DNA of 64,000 nucleotides, from the NCBI GenBank assembly GCA_002269645.1, contig NIVC01001013.1:315946-379945 (forward strand), written 5' to 3'. Below, one piece after another: positions 36,721-56,000 of the stretch. Origin of the DNA: Macrostomum lignano (Eukaryota). The position numbers were made by a program, and so were the translations under genes. Numbering within the stretch: the stretch's first letter is position 1; each line of letters starts with the position of its first letter. The notes under the pieces were generated by a model. It was given only the letters and a program-made list of their open reading frames with translations. It was not told the DNA's origin and ran no database searches.

Positions 36721-38094
36721 CCCGTTTCAGTCTGAAGCCATCATTGTGTCTGCATGACAGAACGGCTTGATAAAGCCGAAAACAAACGGATCAACGCTTG
36801 ATCCAAGACAATGTTAAATGTTTTTTTTGGTGAAATAAATAAAATAATCACGAAGAAGTGAGGATTCAGCAACGGCCGCCCAATGATTTTCAACAGAATA
36901 CTTAAATCCAGGGCATTGATAAGAGATGTTTTTCGCCTAACTCTAAGAGATTATACAAGTCGCATCCTGGGTGCCACAAGCCGAATCAGTGAGCAAAGCT
37001 CGATGCCTGAGCTCGAGCAATATGATGGGGCTGGGAAAGGCGGAGCAAAATTTTGAATCGCCCGGGCATTATTAAATCCCGCGTGCATTATTCAAAACTA
37101 GAAAAAAGGGGCTCAGCCAAAGAGGAGCTGCCGACAGGGTAAGCGGGGATAAAAATAAGCCAGTCGTCTTTATAGACTCCCAAGACGTTAATTGCTAATT
37201 CTGTGCTACTCGCAGCCCCCGACTCCCTTTTGGAGCCCGGCGCGCCCGGCTCCCCAGGGAGGCCCTTTTGAACGTGAAATAAATGCAATTTAAAGTGGCC
37301 CCCCACCCTACTCTCTATCTTCGTCGATTATCCCCCCCCCCATTTTCCCAAAACCCAACAACAGCGGCGGCGCTTAAAGAATGGATCAAGCGACTATCCC
37401 AGCCTCCGCTGCAACTCCCATTGGGGATTTCCAGGGCCACTGGGCGTTCAAGCAAACGTAAATAAAATGTATATACATTTTCAAGAGGCTGTAAGCCGAT
37501 TGGCTTCCTATAGGAGATGAAGAAGAAAATTGAGATGCAGCTAGTTCGAATGAGAAAATAGGGTGGAGGGGGTGCATGCAGCTATTTGAAGCAATTCAAT
37601 GTTGGCCAGCTTCAATTGTTAATTCGGCAACTCGCAAATGGGACTCTGAAAAGCTCCCAGCCTATTCAGAGTCGATCAATCTGATAGCTTTTCCATTTAG
37701 TGGCCTCTCGGATTCATTCACGCGCGTTTATTGCTCCGGATTAGGAATCGATAGTGGACCAGTCCCATTGTATAGAAATTTTTGTTTGAGTCTGTTAAAG
37801 TCATCTTTTTTTGCAGGAGTCGGGCTCGCCAAGGACTGTGCATTTTATTCTTCTTGTTGCCATGGTAACTAAGAAATTGTTGTTTGGCCCATAAGTAGGC
37901 ATTCGTGGACCATTATTGCTTGTATCAAAATGCGACTCTGCTTATTGTGAACTCATTGTGTTGTAGTTAATCATTTTTGTTGGTTATGCTGTCAGAGCTA
38001 TTCTGTTATTATTCTTTTACTATTATTTTCGATTTTAGTGACTTTCTCGCCAAGCCGGAATGAGTTCTCAATGAGTAACTATAAGGGTCCAAAG

Positions 38095-38285
38095 CTGCGG
38101 GCACCCTGGCGCAATGCCCACGGCGACATCGCCACACAAGCAGCCCTAACGGCAACTCAGCCCATTCCGATGAGTCCTGAGCACACAAGCGCGCCAGTAC
38201 TGTACTCAGGCACAGCACTCATACTCAAGGTGACACACGGAGTGTACAGCGGCCCTGACTGTCTAATCTTCAGGCATGTACACTG
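38095..38285 (-). repeat. Dispersed repeat, body of the same SINE-like family as 54180-55120 and 55190-55290
   Basis: Shared blocks CACCCTGGC(G/A)CAA, GCCCATTCCG.TGA.TCCTGAGCAC and GTGTACAGC.GCCCTGACTGTCTAATC.TCAGGCATGTACACT. Confidence 0.7.
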
Positions 38286-39354
38286 ACGTCCCACACGCAA
38301 AATTGTTCCCTTCCCAGTTGAAATCCCCAATTCATCTCGTCGCACATAGCTTTGCCAATCACATCCAGTCCTACCCGAGGCATTTTGCAAAAGCAATTAT
38401 TTTTTTTGTTCCCGCCTTCCACTGAAAACACAGTGCGCTCGAATATAAATATATAGCAATTAGCACCCACCTTGCTGGGAACGGGGAAGCTGCCGCCTGC
38501 TCAGGGTGAGGTTGGATAAAGTCAATGGCGAAACTCTAGATACCCATTTGTCCCGTCTCCGTGCTGAGCAGTTGCTTGAGATCCTTTTGCTACCAAGCCA
38601 TGGCTGAGCAACCCCCCCCCCCCCTGCTTAGGCCCGGTGCCAAAAACTCCTTAATGACTCGATTCTCTTCTCACTTAAATCCTCATCAAATGCTGTGTAA
38701 CACCTGTGAGCAGAGCGAAAACGATTAGTGACTAGTGGCGTTAAGGTAAGGGGGATGAAGAATTTGAGGATCCATAAACGACTAAGGATTGGGAATATAA
38801 CTGGTTTGGGTGAGTCATTATTATTTATAATATTTAACCGAGCAGAAGCTTGCCCTGTAGCTCATGGCTGCAATTATTAAGTAAATACTTAGTAAAGAAG
38901 CTTTACAATAGAGCATAGCTCGAGTATTCACTAATATTCTGTAGTATGATATCGCATGTATTTAATCTGCTATTTATGGGAAAATTAGCATGCAGAAAGC
39001 AGATAGATGATCAATTATTGTATGTTGCAATTTGCAGGTTTTGTCTAACAGTTATTCCAACTGTTTTGATTAGTTAGAGTTTAAACAGATAAACAAAAAC
39101 AATAAGTTTCAAACAGACAGTGTTATAAGCTAAAAAAATTCGCAGGATATTAGTCAATGAGTAGCCCAACTGCTAATATAAGCCACTGAAAATTCTAATT
39201 TCTAAAAAAATTTGCGTCAAATTAATTGGTAGCTAAAGAAGTCCATGCAGGTCTCTAAATAGCTAAACATCGACTAAGCGTGTCTAAATGATAGATGTAC
39301 CACCTGTGATGCATATTGATGAAAATAGATGTTTAATTGGTATGAACTCAAAAT

Positions 39355-39620
39355 GGATGCCTTATGGGACACGAATATTGGTACAGGTGTGCTTCAATCG
39401 ATGCCTTATGGGACACGAATATTGGTACAGGTGTGCTTCAATCGATGCCTTATGGGACACGAATATTCTAAGGTGTGCTTCAATCGATGCCTTATGGGAC
39501 ACGAATATTGGTACAGGTGTGCTTCGATCGATGCCTTATAGGACACGAATATTGGTACAGGTGTGCTTCAATCGATGTCTTATGGGACACGAATATTGGT
39601 ACAGGTGCGCTTCAATCGAT
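39355..39620. repeat. 44-bp tandem repeat GATGCCTTATGGGACACGAATATTGGTACAGGTGTGCTTCAATC, ~6 copies, just 3' of Hmx
   Basis: Direct reading. Confidence 0.9.
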
Positions 39621-39730
39621 GTCTAAGGGTCAGCCTAACCAGGAGCGCCTGGGGGAAGATCTTGCTGCTATATGCATAGTTGCTGTAGTTATTCCGGACC
39701 AGGAGCCAGCCACCAGAGGCCCACGAAGGT

Positions 39731-47037
<7,307 letters not shown>

Positions 47038-47267
47038 TACTTTTATTATTTTTAAACCTGTGCAAACCTGTGCAAGCTAACAGAGCTTTGAAGTTCAATT
47101 AATAGTCGTCCGCTTCATGATAATGAGGAGTTGGATTTTGTCGCAAGTCAATGATTGAGCCAGCTGATTGGCTGGTGAGCAAGAAAGGGCCTGGATGAGA
47201 AGCATGGGAAATTCAGCTTCATCAGAATGTATCCATTAAATGCTCATTGCCCATTGTGCAAGCCAGA

Positions 47268-49190
47268 TCTCACGCTTGTCAATTCTCTAGCTGGTGAGAT
47301 CTCACGCTTGTCAATTCTCTAGCTGGTGAGATCTCACGCTTGTCAATTCTCTAGCTGGTGAGACCTCACGCTTGTCAATTCTCTAGCTGGTGAGATCTCA
47401 CGCTTGTCAATTCTCTAGCTGGTGAGACCTCACGCTTGTCAATTCTCTAGCTGGTGAGATCTCACGCTTGTCAATTCTCTAGCTGGTGAGACCTCACGCT
47501 TGTCAATTCTCTAGCGGGTGAGATCTCACGCTTGTCAATTCTCTAGCTGGTGAGATCTCACGCTTGTCAATTCTCTAGCTGGTGAGATCTCACGCTTGTC
47601 AATTCTCTAGCTGGTGAGACCTCACGCTTGTCAATTCTCTAGCGGGTGAGATCTCACGCTTGTCAATTCTCTAGCTGGTGAGACCTCACGCTTGTCAATT
47701 CTCTAGCGGGTGAGATCTCACGCTTGTCAATTCTCTAGCGGGTGAGATCTCATGCTTGTCAATTCTCTAGCTGCAGTGAGACCCCACGCTTGTCAATTCT
47801 CTAGCTGCAGTGAGACCCCACGCTTGTCAATTCTCTAGCTGGTGAGATCTCACGCTTGTCAATTCTCTAGCGGGTGAGATCTCATGCTTGTCAATTCTCT
47901 AGCTGCAGTGAGACCTCACGCTTGTCAATTCTCTAGCTGCAGTGAGGCCCCACGCTTGTCAATTCTCTAGCGGGTGAGATCTCACGCTTGTCAATTCTCT
48001 AGCTGGTGAGATCTCACGCTTGTCAATTCTCTAGCTGCAGTGAGACCCCACGCTTGTCAATTCTCTAGCTGCAGTGAGACCCCACGCTTGTCAATTCTCT
48101 AGCTGGTGAGACCTCACGCTTGTCAATTCTCTAGCTGCAGTGAGACCCCACGCTTGTCAATTATCTAGCGGGTGAGACCTCACGCTTGTCAATTCTCTAG
48201 CTGCAGTGAGACCCCACGCTTGTCAATTCTCTAGCTGCAGTGAGACCCCACGCTTGTCAATTCTCTAGCTGGTGAGATCTCACGCTTTTCAATTCTCTAG
48301 CGGGTGAGATCTCATGCTTGTCAATTCTCTAGCTGCAGTGAGACCTCACGCTTGTCAATTCTCTAGCTGCAGTGAGGCCCCACGCTTGTCAATTCTCTAG
48401 CGGGTGAGATCTCACGCTTGTCAATTCTCTAGTGGGTGAGATCTCACGCTTGTCAATTCTCTAGCTGCAGTGAGACCCCACGCTTGTCAATTCTCTAGCT
48501 GCAGTGAGACCCCACGCTTGTCAATTCTCTAGCTGGTGAGACCTCACGCTTGTCAATTCTCTAGCTGCAGTGAGACCCCACGCTTGTCAATTATCTAGCG
48601 GGTGAGACCTCACGCTTGTCAATTCTCTAGCTGCAGTGAGACCCCACGCTTGTCAATTCTCTAGCTGCAGTGAGACCCCACGCTTGTCAATTCTCTAGCT
48701 GGTGAGATCTCACGCTTGTCAATTCTCTAGCGGGTGAGATCTCATGCTTGTCAATTCTCTAGCTGCAGTGAGACCTCACGCTTGTCAATTCTCTAGCTGC
48801 AGTGAGACCCCACGCTTGTCAATTCTCTAGCGGGTGAGATCTCACGCTTGTCAATTCTCTAGTGGGTGAGATCTCACGCTTGTCAATTCTCTAGCTGCAG
48901 TGAGACCCCACGCTTGTCAATTCTCTAGCTGCAGTGAGACCCCACGCTTGTCAATTCTCTAGCTGGTGAGACCTCACGCTTGTCAATTCTCTAGCTGCAG
49001 TGAGACCCCACGCTTGTCAATTATCTAGCGGGTGAGACCTCACGCTTGTCAATTCTCTAGCTGCAGTGAGACCCCACGCTTGTCAATTATCTAGCGGGTG
49101 AGACCTCACGCTTGTCAATTCTCTAGCTGCAGTGAGACCCCACGCTTGTCAATTCTCTAGCGGGTGAGACCTCACGCTTGTCAATTCTCC
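47268..49190. repeat. 32/34-bp tandem repeat GTGAGATCTCACGCTTGTCAATTCTCTAGCTG with a 430-bp higher-order period, upstream of Hmx
   Basis: Variant TTATCTAGCG at 48161, 48591 and 49021 (430-bp spacing). The GTGAGATCTCAC variant is a 12-bp palindrome. Confidence 0.95.
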
Positions 49191-49789
49191 GGTAGGTTTT
49201 GTTAACTTTGAAGTAATAAAACTTTGATACAATAAAATTCTAATAAGTTGAACTAATCTACAGAAAAATCCGTTTTGACTTTAAGCGAAATCAATAAATA
49301 TCTACTCAGGTTATTAATAGAGGAAATTGATCGACATGCAGAGTAACAGCTGCTCTAGTTGAGATCTAAACTAGTTGCCATAAGGAAAATCTGGCTCACT
49401 TCAACAATCTTGCTCATTTATAATTGAAATGTTCCAAAGCGCCCACTGACTGAAGTCTCCCGCTGACATTAGCTAGATAATTGCTGGCGCACGTCGGGCC
49501 ACAGCCACCTGTTATACACTTGTACAAATCCAATGGACCATCTCCAATTGCGTGACAGGCGCCATAAACTCACGATAAATTTTATCCTATACGACCTGTT
49601 CTAATTTTATCAAAATGAATGCCCGATGAATAGATAATTAACTGCTAATTCTGCGGGGGGGGCGACAGGTACAGCCCCACAAGCAGTTTTGCTTGCACCG
49701 ATTCAGTTGGTCATACATAGCGAAATTACAGGCCAAACATTTGGGACTGAGAAAAACCGTTCAAAAACTGGCCTTCTTAAACGGCTCAT

Positions 49790-51290
49790 TATTGAGATTC
49801 TGTCCCAGAGAATTCCCCAACACCCTCAGATTCTGTCCCAGAGAATTCCCCAACATCCTCAGATTCTGTCCTAGAGAATTCCCCAACATCCTCAGATTCT
49901 GTCCCAGAGAATTCCCCAACATCCTCAGATTCTGTCCCAGAGAATTTCCCAACACCCTGAGATTCTGTCCGAGGGGATTTCCAATCACCTGAGATTCTGT
50001 CCGATGGAATTTCCAATCACCTGAGATTCTGTCCCAGGGAATTTCCAATCACCTGAGATTCTGTCCGAGGGAATTTCCCATCACCTGAGATTCTGTCCCA
50101 GGGAATTTCCAATCACCTGAGATTCTGTCCGAGGGAATTTCCCATCACCTGAGATTCTGTCCGAGGGAATTTCCAATCACCTGAGATTCTGTCCCAGGGA
50201 ATTTCCAATCACCTGAGATTCTGTCCAAGGGAATTTCCCATCACCTGAGATTCTGTCCGAGGGAATTTCCCATCACCTGAGATTCTGTCCGAGGGAATTT
50301 CCAATCACCTGAGATTCTGTCCGAGGGAATTTCCAATCACCTGAGATTCTGTCCGAGGGAATTTCCAATCACCTGAGATTCTGTCCGAGGGAATTTCCAA
50401 TCACCTGAGATTCTGTCCGAGGGAATTTCCAATCACCTGAGATTCTGTCCGAGGGAATTTCCAATCACCTGAGATTCTGTCCGAGGGAATTTCCAATCAC
50501 CTGAGATTCTGTCCGAGGGAATTTCCAATCACCTGAGATTCTGTCCGAGGGAATTTCCAATCACCTGAGATTCTGTCCGAGGGAATTTCCAATCACCTGA
50601 GATTCTGTCCGATGGAATTTCCAATCACCTGAGATTCTGTCCGATGGAATTTCCAATCACCTGAGATTCTGTCCGATGGAATTTCCAATCACCTGAGATT
50701 CTGTCCGAGGGAATTTCCAATCACCTGAGATTCTGTCCGAGGGAATTTCCAATCACCTGAGATTCTGTCCGATGGAATTTCCAATCACCTGAGATTCTGT
50801 CTGAGGGAATTTCCAATCACCTGAGATTCTGTCCGAGGGAATTTCCAATCACCTGAGATTCTGTCCGAGGGAATTTCCAATCACCTGAGATTCTGTCCGA
50901 GGGAATTTCCAATCACCTGAGATTCTGTCCGAGGGAATTTCCAATCACCTGAGATTCTGTCCGAGGGAATTTCCAATCACCTGTGATTCTGTCCGATGGA
51001 ATTTCCAATCACCTGAGATTCTGTCTGAGGGAATTTCCAATCACCTGAGATTCTGTCCGATGGAATTTCCAATCACCTGTGATTCTGTCCGAGGGAGTTT
51101 CCAATCACCTGAGATTCTGTCCGAGGGAATTTCCAATCACCTGAGATTCTGTCCGAGGGAATTTCCAATCACCTGTGATTCTGTCCGAGGGAATTTCCAA
51201 TCACCTGTGATTCTGTCTCAGATCCGAGAGAATTCCCCCTACACACAGAGAATTCCCCAAAACCTGAGATCCTGTCCCAGAGAATCCCGT
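49790..51290. repeat. 32-bp tandem repeat GAGATTCTGTCCGAGGGAATTTCCAATCACCT, ~45 copies
   Basis: Direct reading. Confidence 0.95.
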
Positions 51291-52639
51291 TACCCAGAAA
51301 ATTGGCACCTATATTCCTAAGTAGAATTAAGTTATTACCAGAACACCATTAAAAGCAATTATTTAACAATTAATAAAGGTTCTCAAAATGAGGACAGCAT
51401 GACTGTCTAAGGCATCAATATATATATATGTGTATATGCTTATTAAAAGTGACTTGCAATTATAATTATCGATAAAAAAACAGGAACCTTAAAAATTTAT
51501 ACAATACATAAAATAATGTATAGCAACACTAACAGTTTATTCTTCAGTTTAAGCAGCATTTAGTGATATAAAATAGAAGGAATATCATACATATAATAAA
51601 GGTTACAAGGTTGCACCATGGATGTGTGTTAGGCAGACAAATAGAATATTCTTATTGGCAACCTACAACAGGGTAAAATATATGAAAAATAGGACAGTTA
51701 AAAAGAATTATAAACTGTTTATTTAAATCAGGTCCCTATCTGGTACATAGATATTCAGCATAGGTTTCGGGGTGTAAGCTTCTTTACATACAGGCCTCTC
51801 AAATGAGATCCGTGAAAAACAGACAAAGAAAAGGCAAAATATCAGCAACCAGAAAATACAATTTTCTCTTGATAAAATATTGACGAAGGTCGAAAAAATG
51901 GCTAAATAGAAAACTATTACCAAGAAACATAGTCGATTTTTACTTATAAAATTCGATAGCTGCCTACTAGCAGTAGACTGATCGGCACGAGTTTTTAATT
52001 ATTTTAAAAAGTATATCGAATAGTGGATATTATGGATAATGAATCAGCAATTACAAATAAACTTGATTAATGATTGGTAATAATAGCTACTTAATGAATT
52101 ATAACCATTTTTTCGCTAATAAACTTATAGCAGATTACATTGTTTGAAGCGATATTCTATAATGCATTACTGAACGACCCTTAGTGCTTTCACTATGCTT
52201 TAAGAAATTTATTAAGCTCAAAATTGATTTACCTAAATTTATCTAAAAAATCAAAATAGACTGGCAAGGCTAATAATGATTTCCATAAGTTTTCCATAAG
52301 GTAAAATTTAGAAAGCAATTACGCCGGATGATATTATAAAAAGGCATTACTTGTAAGCAGCCAGCACCAGCGTAAAGCAGAATTTAATGATTTAATGATA
52401 AACGGAGTTAAATAATTTGAATTACCAATAAGCGCCTCTGTGTCAGCTTACCGTTAAAACTTTACAAATCCCTAAAGCTCATGAATTTCCGCTAAAAATA
52501 GGGCGAAAAAGAAAAACAAATTTATTGTCGCAATTGTAAAGTCAGAAAAAGTGACGCGAAAGTTCACTGAGAGTTTTTTAATGGAAAAAATCATTTTTGA
52601 TAAATATACACATCTGAGAGTAAATATTGAAGTAAATAT

Positions 52640-52980
52640 TTGATAAATCTTGTACAAATGGGACCCAATCTTGTACAGATCTAGGACCTAATCTGGTACA
52701 AATGGGACCCAATCTGGTACAAATGGGACCCAATCTTGTAAAAATGGGACCCAATCTGGTACAGATCCAGGACTCAATGGTACAAATAGGACCCAATCAG
52801 GTACAGATCTAGGACCCAATCTGGTACAGATCTAGGACCCAATCTAGTGCATATCTAGGGCCCAATTTGGTACAGATCTAGGACCCAATCTGGTACAGAT
52901 CTAGGACCCAATCTGGTACAGATCTAGGACCCAATCTGGTACAGATCTAGGACCCAATGTGAAGGACCCAATTTGGTACA
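52640..52980. repeat. 24-bp tandem repeat GGACCCAATCTGGTACAGATCTA(G), just 3' of the ACSS3 stop
   Basis: Direct reading. Confidence 0.9.
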
Positions 52981-53061
52981 AACAAGATCAAATTTGGAAA
53001 TGAACAAAAAAACGGTTTAAAAGTACATTAAATCGAATGTTTGTAACGCGAATTATGAAAC

Positions 53062-56000
53062 TTACAGGGTAGGATCTGACGGTTTCAGACCCAAATCAAT
53101 CAGCTCTTTCTTGATTGGCTCGTATACCGTTTCGTCTTCGATTGTCACTGGCATCTAGAAAGGCAAACCATAAACAAAGAAGTCTGCATAGGAGACTGAG
53201 CATAGTTCTGAATATATGTTATCCCTTGTGCTAGAGTATGAAAACAATTGGGTATTCCTAGAAAGGGAATTAAAACAATTGGGTATTCTTAGAAAGGAAT
53301 TAAAACAATTGGGTATTCTTTGAAAGAGTATAAAAAAAGCTTACGGATTCTTAGAAAGGGCATCAAAACAGCTGACGGATTCTTAGAAACGGTATCAAAA
53401 CAGCTGACGGATTCTTAGAAATGGTATCAAAACAGCTGACGGATTCTTAGAAATGGTATCAGAACAGCTGACGGATTCTTAGAAAGGGTATCAGAAAAGC
53501 TGACGGATTCTTAGAAATGGTATCAGAACAGCTGACGGATTCTTAGAAAGAGCAACAAACCACACCGAGTTTCTCACCTTGAACGGCAATCCGGCCGCCA
53601 TAGAAGCCAGGGTGCCTCTGGCCACTTTACCACTTCGCGTCTTGGGTAGTCGGTGCACCACAACAGCCATGCGAAAGGCGCCCACTGGTCCGATGTGCTC
53701 GCGCACCTGCTTGACAGTGTCCGCCACAATGGTCGCCTTATCTTTAGTCACATCGTCGTAGGGCACCAGGAAGCCCAACGGAATGTGGCCTTTCAGCTTG
53801 TCAGGGAACGGAACCACGGCGCACTCGGCCAGGTCCGGATTCTCCAAGCAGGCCTCCTCCATTGCGGCCGTGCTCAGCCGGTGCCCGGACACGTTGATGA
53901 CGTCATCGACGCGGGACACCACAAACAGGTGGCCGTGGTGATCCGTGTAGCCAGCGTCAGCCGTGTCGTAATAGCCGGGGAATTTCTCATAGTAGGTGCT
54001 GACAAAGCGTTCGTCATTCTCCCACAGCGTGGAGGCGGTGCCGGGCGGCAGCGGCAGCTTGATCACGATGCGGCCCAGTTCGTCCTCGTCCGATTCGCGA
54101 AGAATCTGCCGTTGAGGAAGCATTTTAGTGATGTTTTGTGCTTTATAAATTTTTAAATTAATATTCGCGGGAGGGTTAGGGACACCCTGGCACAACGCCA
54201 CAACCAGTGCAGAGGCAATTCTGCCCATTCCGCTGACTCCTGAGCACATTCAAGCGCACCGATTCTACGAATCCGTCAGCTGCTTTGATGCCCTTTCTAA
54301 GAATCCGTCAGCTGTTCTGATACCATTTCTAAGAACCCGTCAGCTGTTTTGATACCATTTCTAAGAATCCGTCAGCTGCTTTGATGCCCTTTCTAAGAAT
54401 CCGTCAGCTGTTCTGATACCATTTCTAAGAACCCGTCAGCTGTTCTGATACCATTTCTAAGAACCCGTCAGCTGTTTTGATACCATTTCTAAGAACCCGT
54501 CAGCTGTTTCAATACCCTTTCTAAGAATCCGTCAGCTGTTTTGATACCCTTTCTAAGAATCCGTCAGCTGTTTTGATACCATTTCTAAGAATCCGTCAGC
54601 TGTTCTGATACCCTTTCTAAGAATCCGTCAGCTGATTTGATACCATTTCTAAGAATCCGTCAGCTGTTTTGATACCCTTTCCAAGAATCCGTCAACTGTT
54701 TCAATACACTTTCTAAGAATCCGTCAACTGTTTCAATACACTTTCCAAGAATCCGTCAACTGTTTCAATACACTTTCTAAGAATCCGTCAACTGTTTCAA
54801 TACACTTTCTAAGAATCCGTCAGCTGTTTCAATACACTTTCTAAGAATCCGTCAGCTGTTTTGATACCCTTTCTGAGAATACCCATTTGTTTTAATACTG
54901 TACGCACGCACGCACTCATGCACACGCTCACACAGGGTGTACAGCAGCCCTGACTGTCTAATCGTCAGGCATGTACACTCTCTGTGCCTCGGGGACTGGC
55001 CCTCGTGGCTGTGAATTGCACAACAACCCCTAGGGCAATTTGGGAAAATGAATGTTTGCGCACGGAATCGAACCAGAGGTCCTGGCGCGAGAGTCAGACG
55101 CGTTTACCGCTGAGCTGCCCTGCCTCTGGCCTTGGAGACTGGAGAGCTTCATCGCAAGGCCTAAACTACTTTTAAGCATCCGCGCGCTTGCACGTGCTCA
55201 GGAGTCAGCGGAACGGGCAGAATTGCCTCAGAACTGGATGTGGGACGATGTCGCCGAAGGCGATGCTCCAGGGTGCCCGCAGCCCTCGTGAAGTTGAACT
55301 CTTAGTATGGAATCGAATGATATGGAATAGGGGACCCTGTACTCTTAGCATACATGCGCAACAACTACTGGCCGACCTGATCACCATAAATTGTGGTCGC
55401 AAAAATTCCCACGTAAAAGAATAACAGACGTTGTGCTAATTAGACGACGAGGCATTTAGCCTTTACAAGATAGTCATAGTTACTCCTGTCGTTTACCAAA
55501 AATTGCGTTTTCCTTTAGGGATTCTTTTACAGGTAAGTCGCATCTTTGGTAAAAAAATAAATCGCATGGCTATTGTAAATCAGGGGGGGGGGTTGCGCAT
55601 GTATGACTATATTTTAGAGTCTAATTTCATTTTCCCTATGCTAGAAGCTTCCTCTCTGCCAGCTTGCCTGGACGTGAAAGCCGGGCACGGGCTTGCCAGC
55701 GGAGCCGGCAGGCGGCATCGTGTCGTCGCCCAGGCCGACGCAGACGCTGGTGATCGGCCAGCCGGTCTCAGTCTGCCACCAGTGATCGTACACTGGCACT
55801 TTGAACAGGCGCCTGGCCCAGGCCAGGGTCTCCACGTCGCAGTGCTCGCCGGCTACGAACACGTGACGCAGGCTGTCCAGTGGCCTGTAGGGCGCGCTAG
55901 AGGCGTCCTGCGAATCAGCCCGATGGATGGCGCGCAGCGCGGTTGGCGCCGTGAACATCGCGCGGACGCTGTGCTGCTTGATCACCCGGAAGTACTGGCT

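Noticed and set aside
51723-51923. 66-aa minus-strand ORF as an extra ACSS3 or small-gene exon
   Set aside because: ACSS3 is complete at 53062, and there is no convincing acceptor or homology.
55055-55125. Functional tRNA gene
   Set aside because: A and B boxes are present, but the anticodon arm and acceptor stem do not pair, and it continues into a dispersed repeat body, so it is a SINE head.
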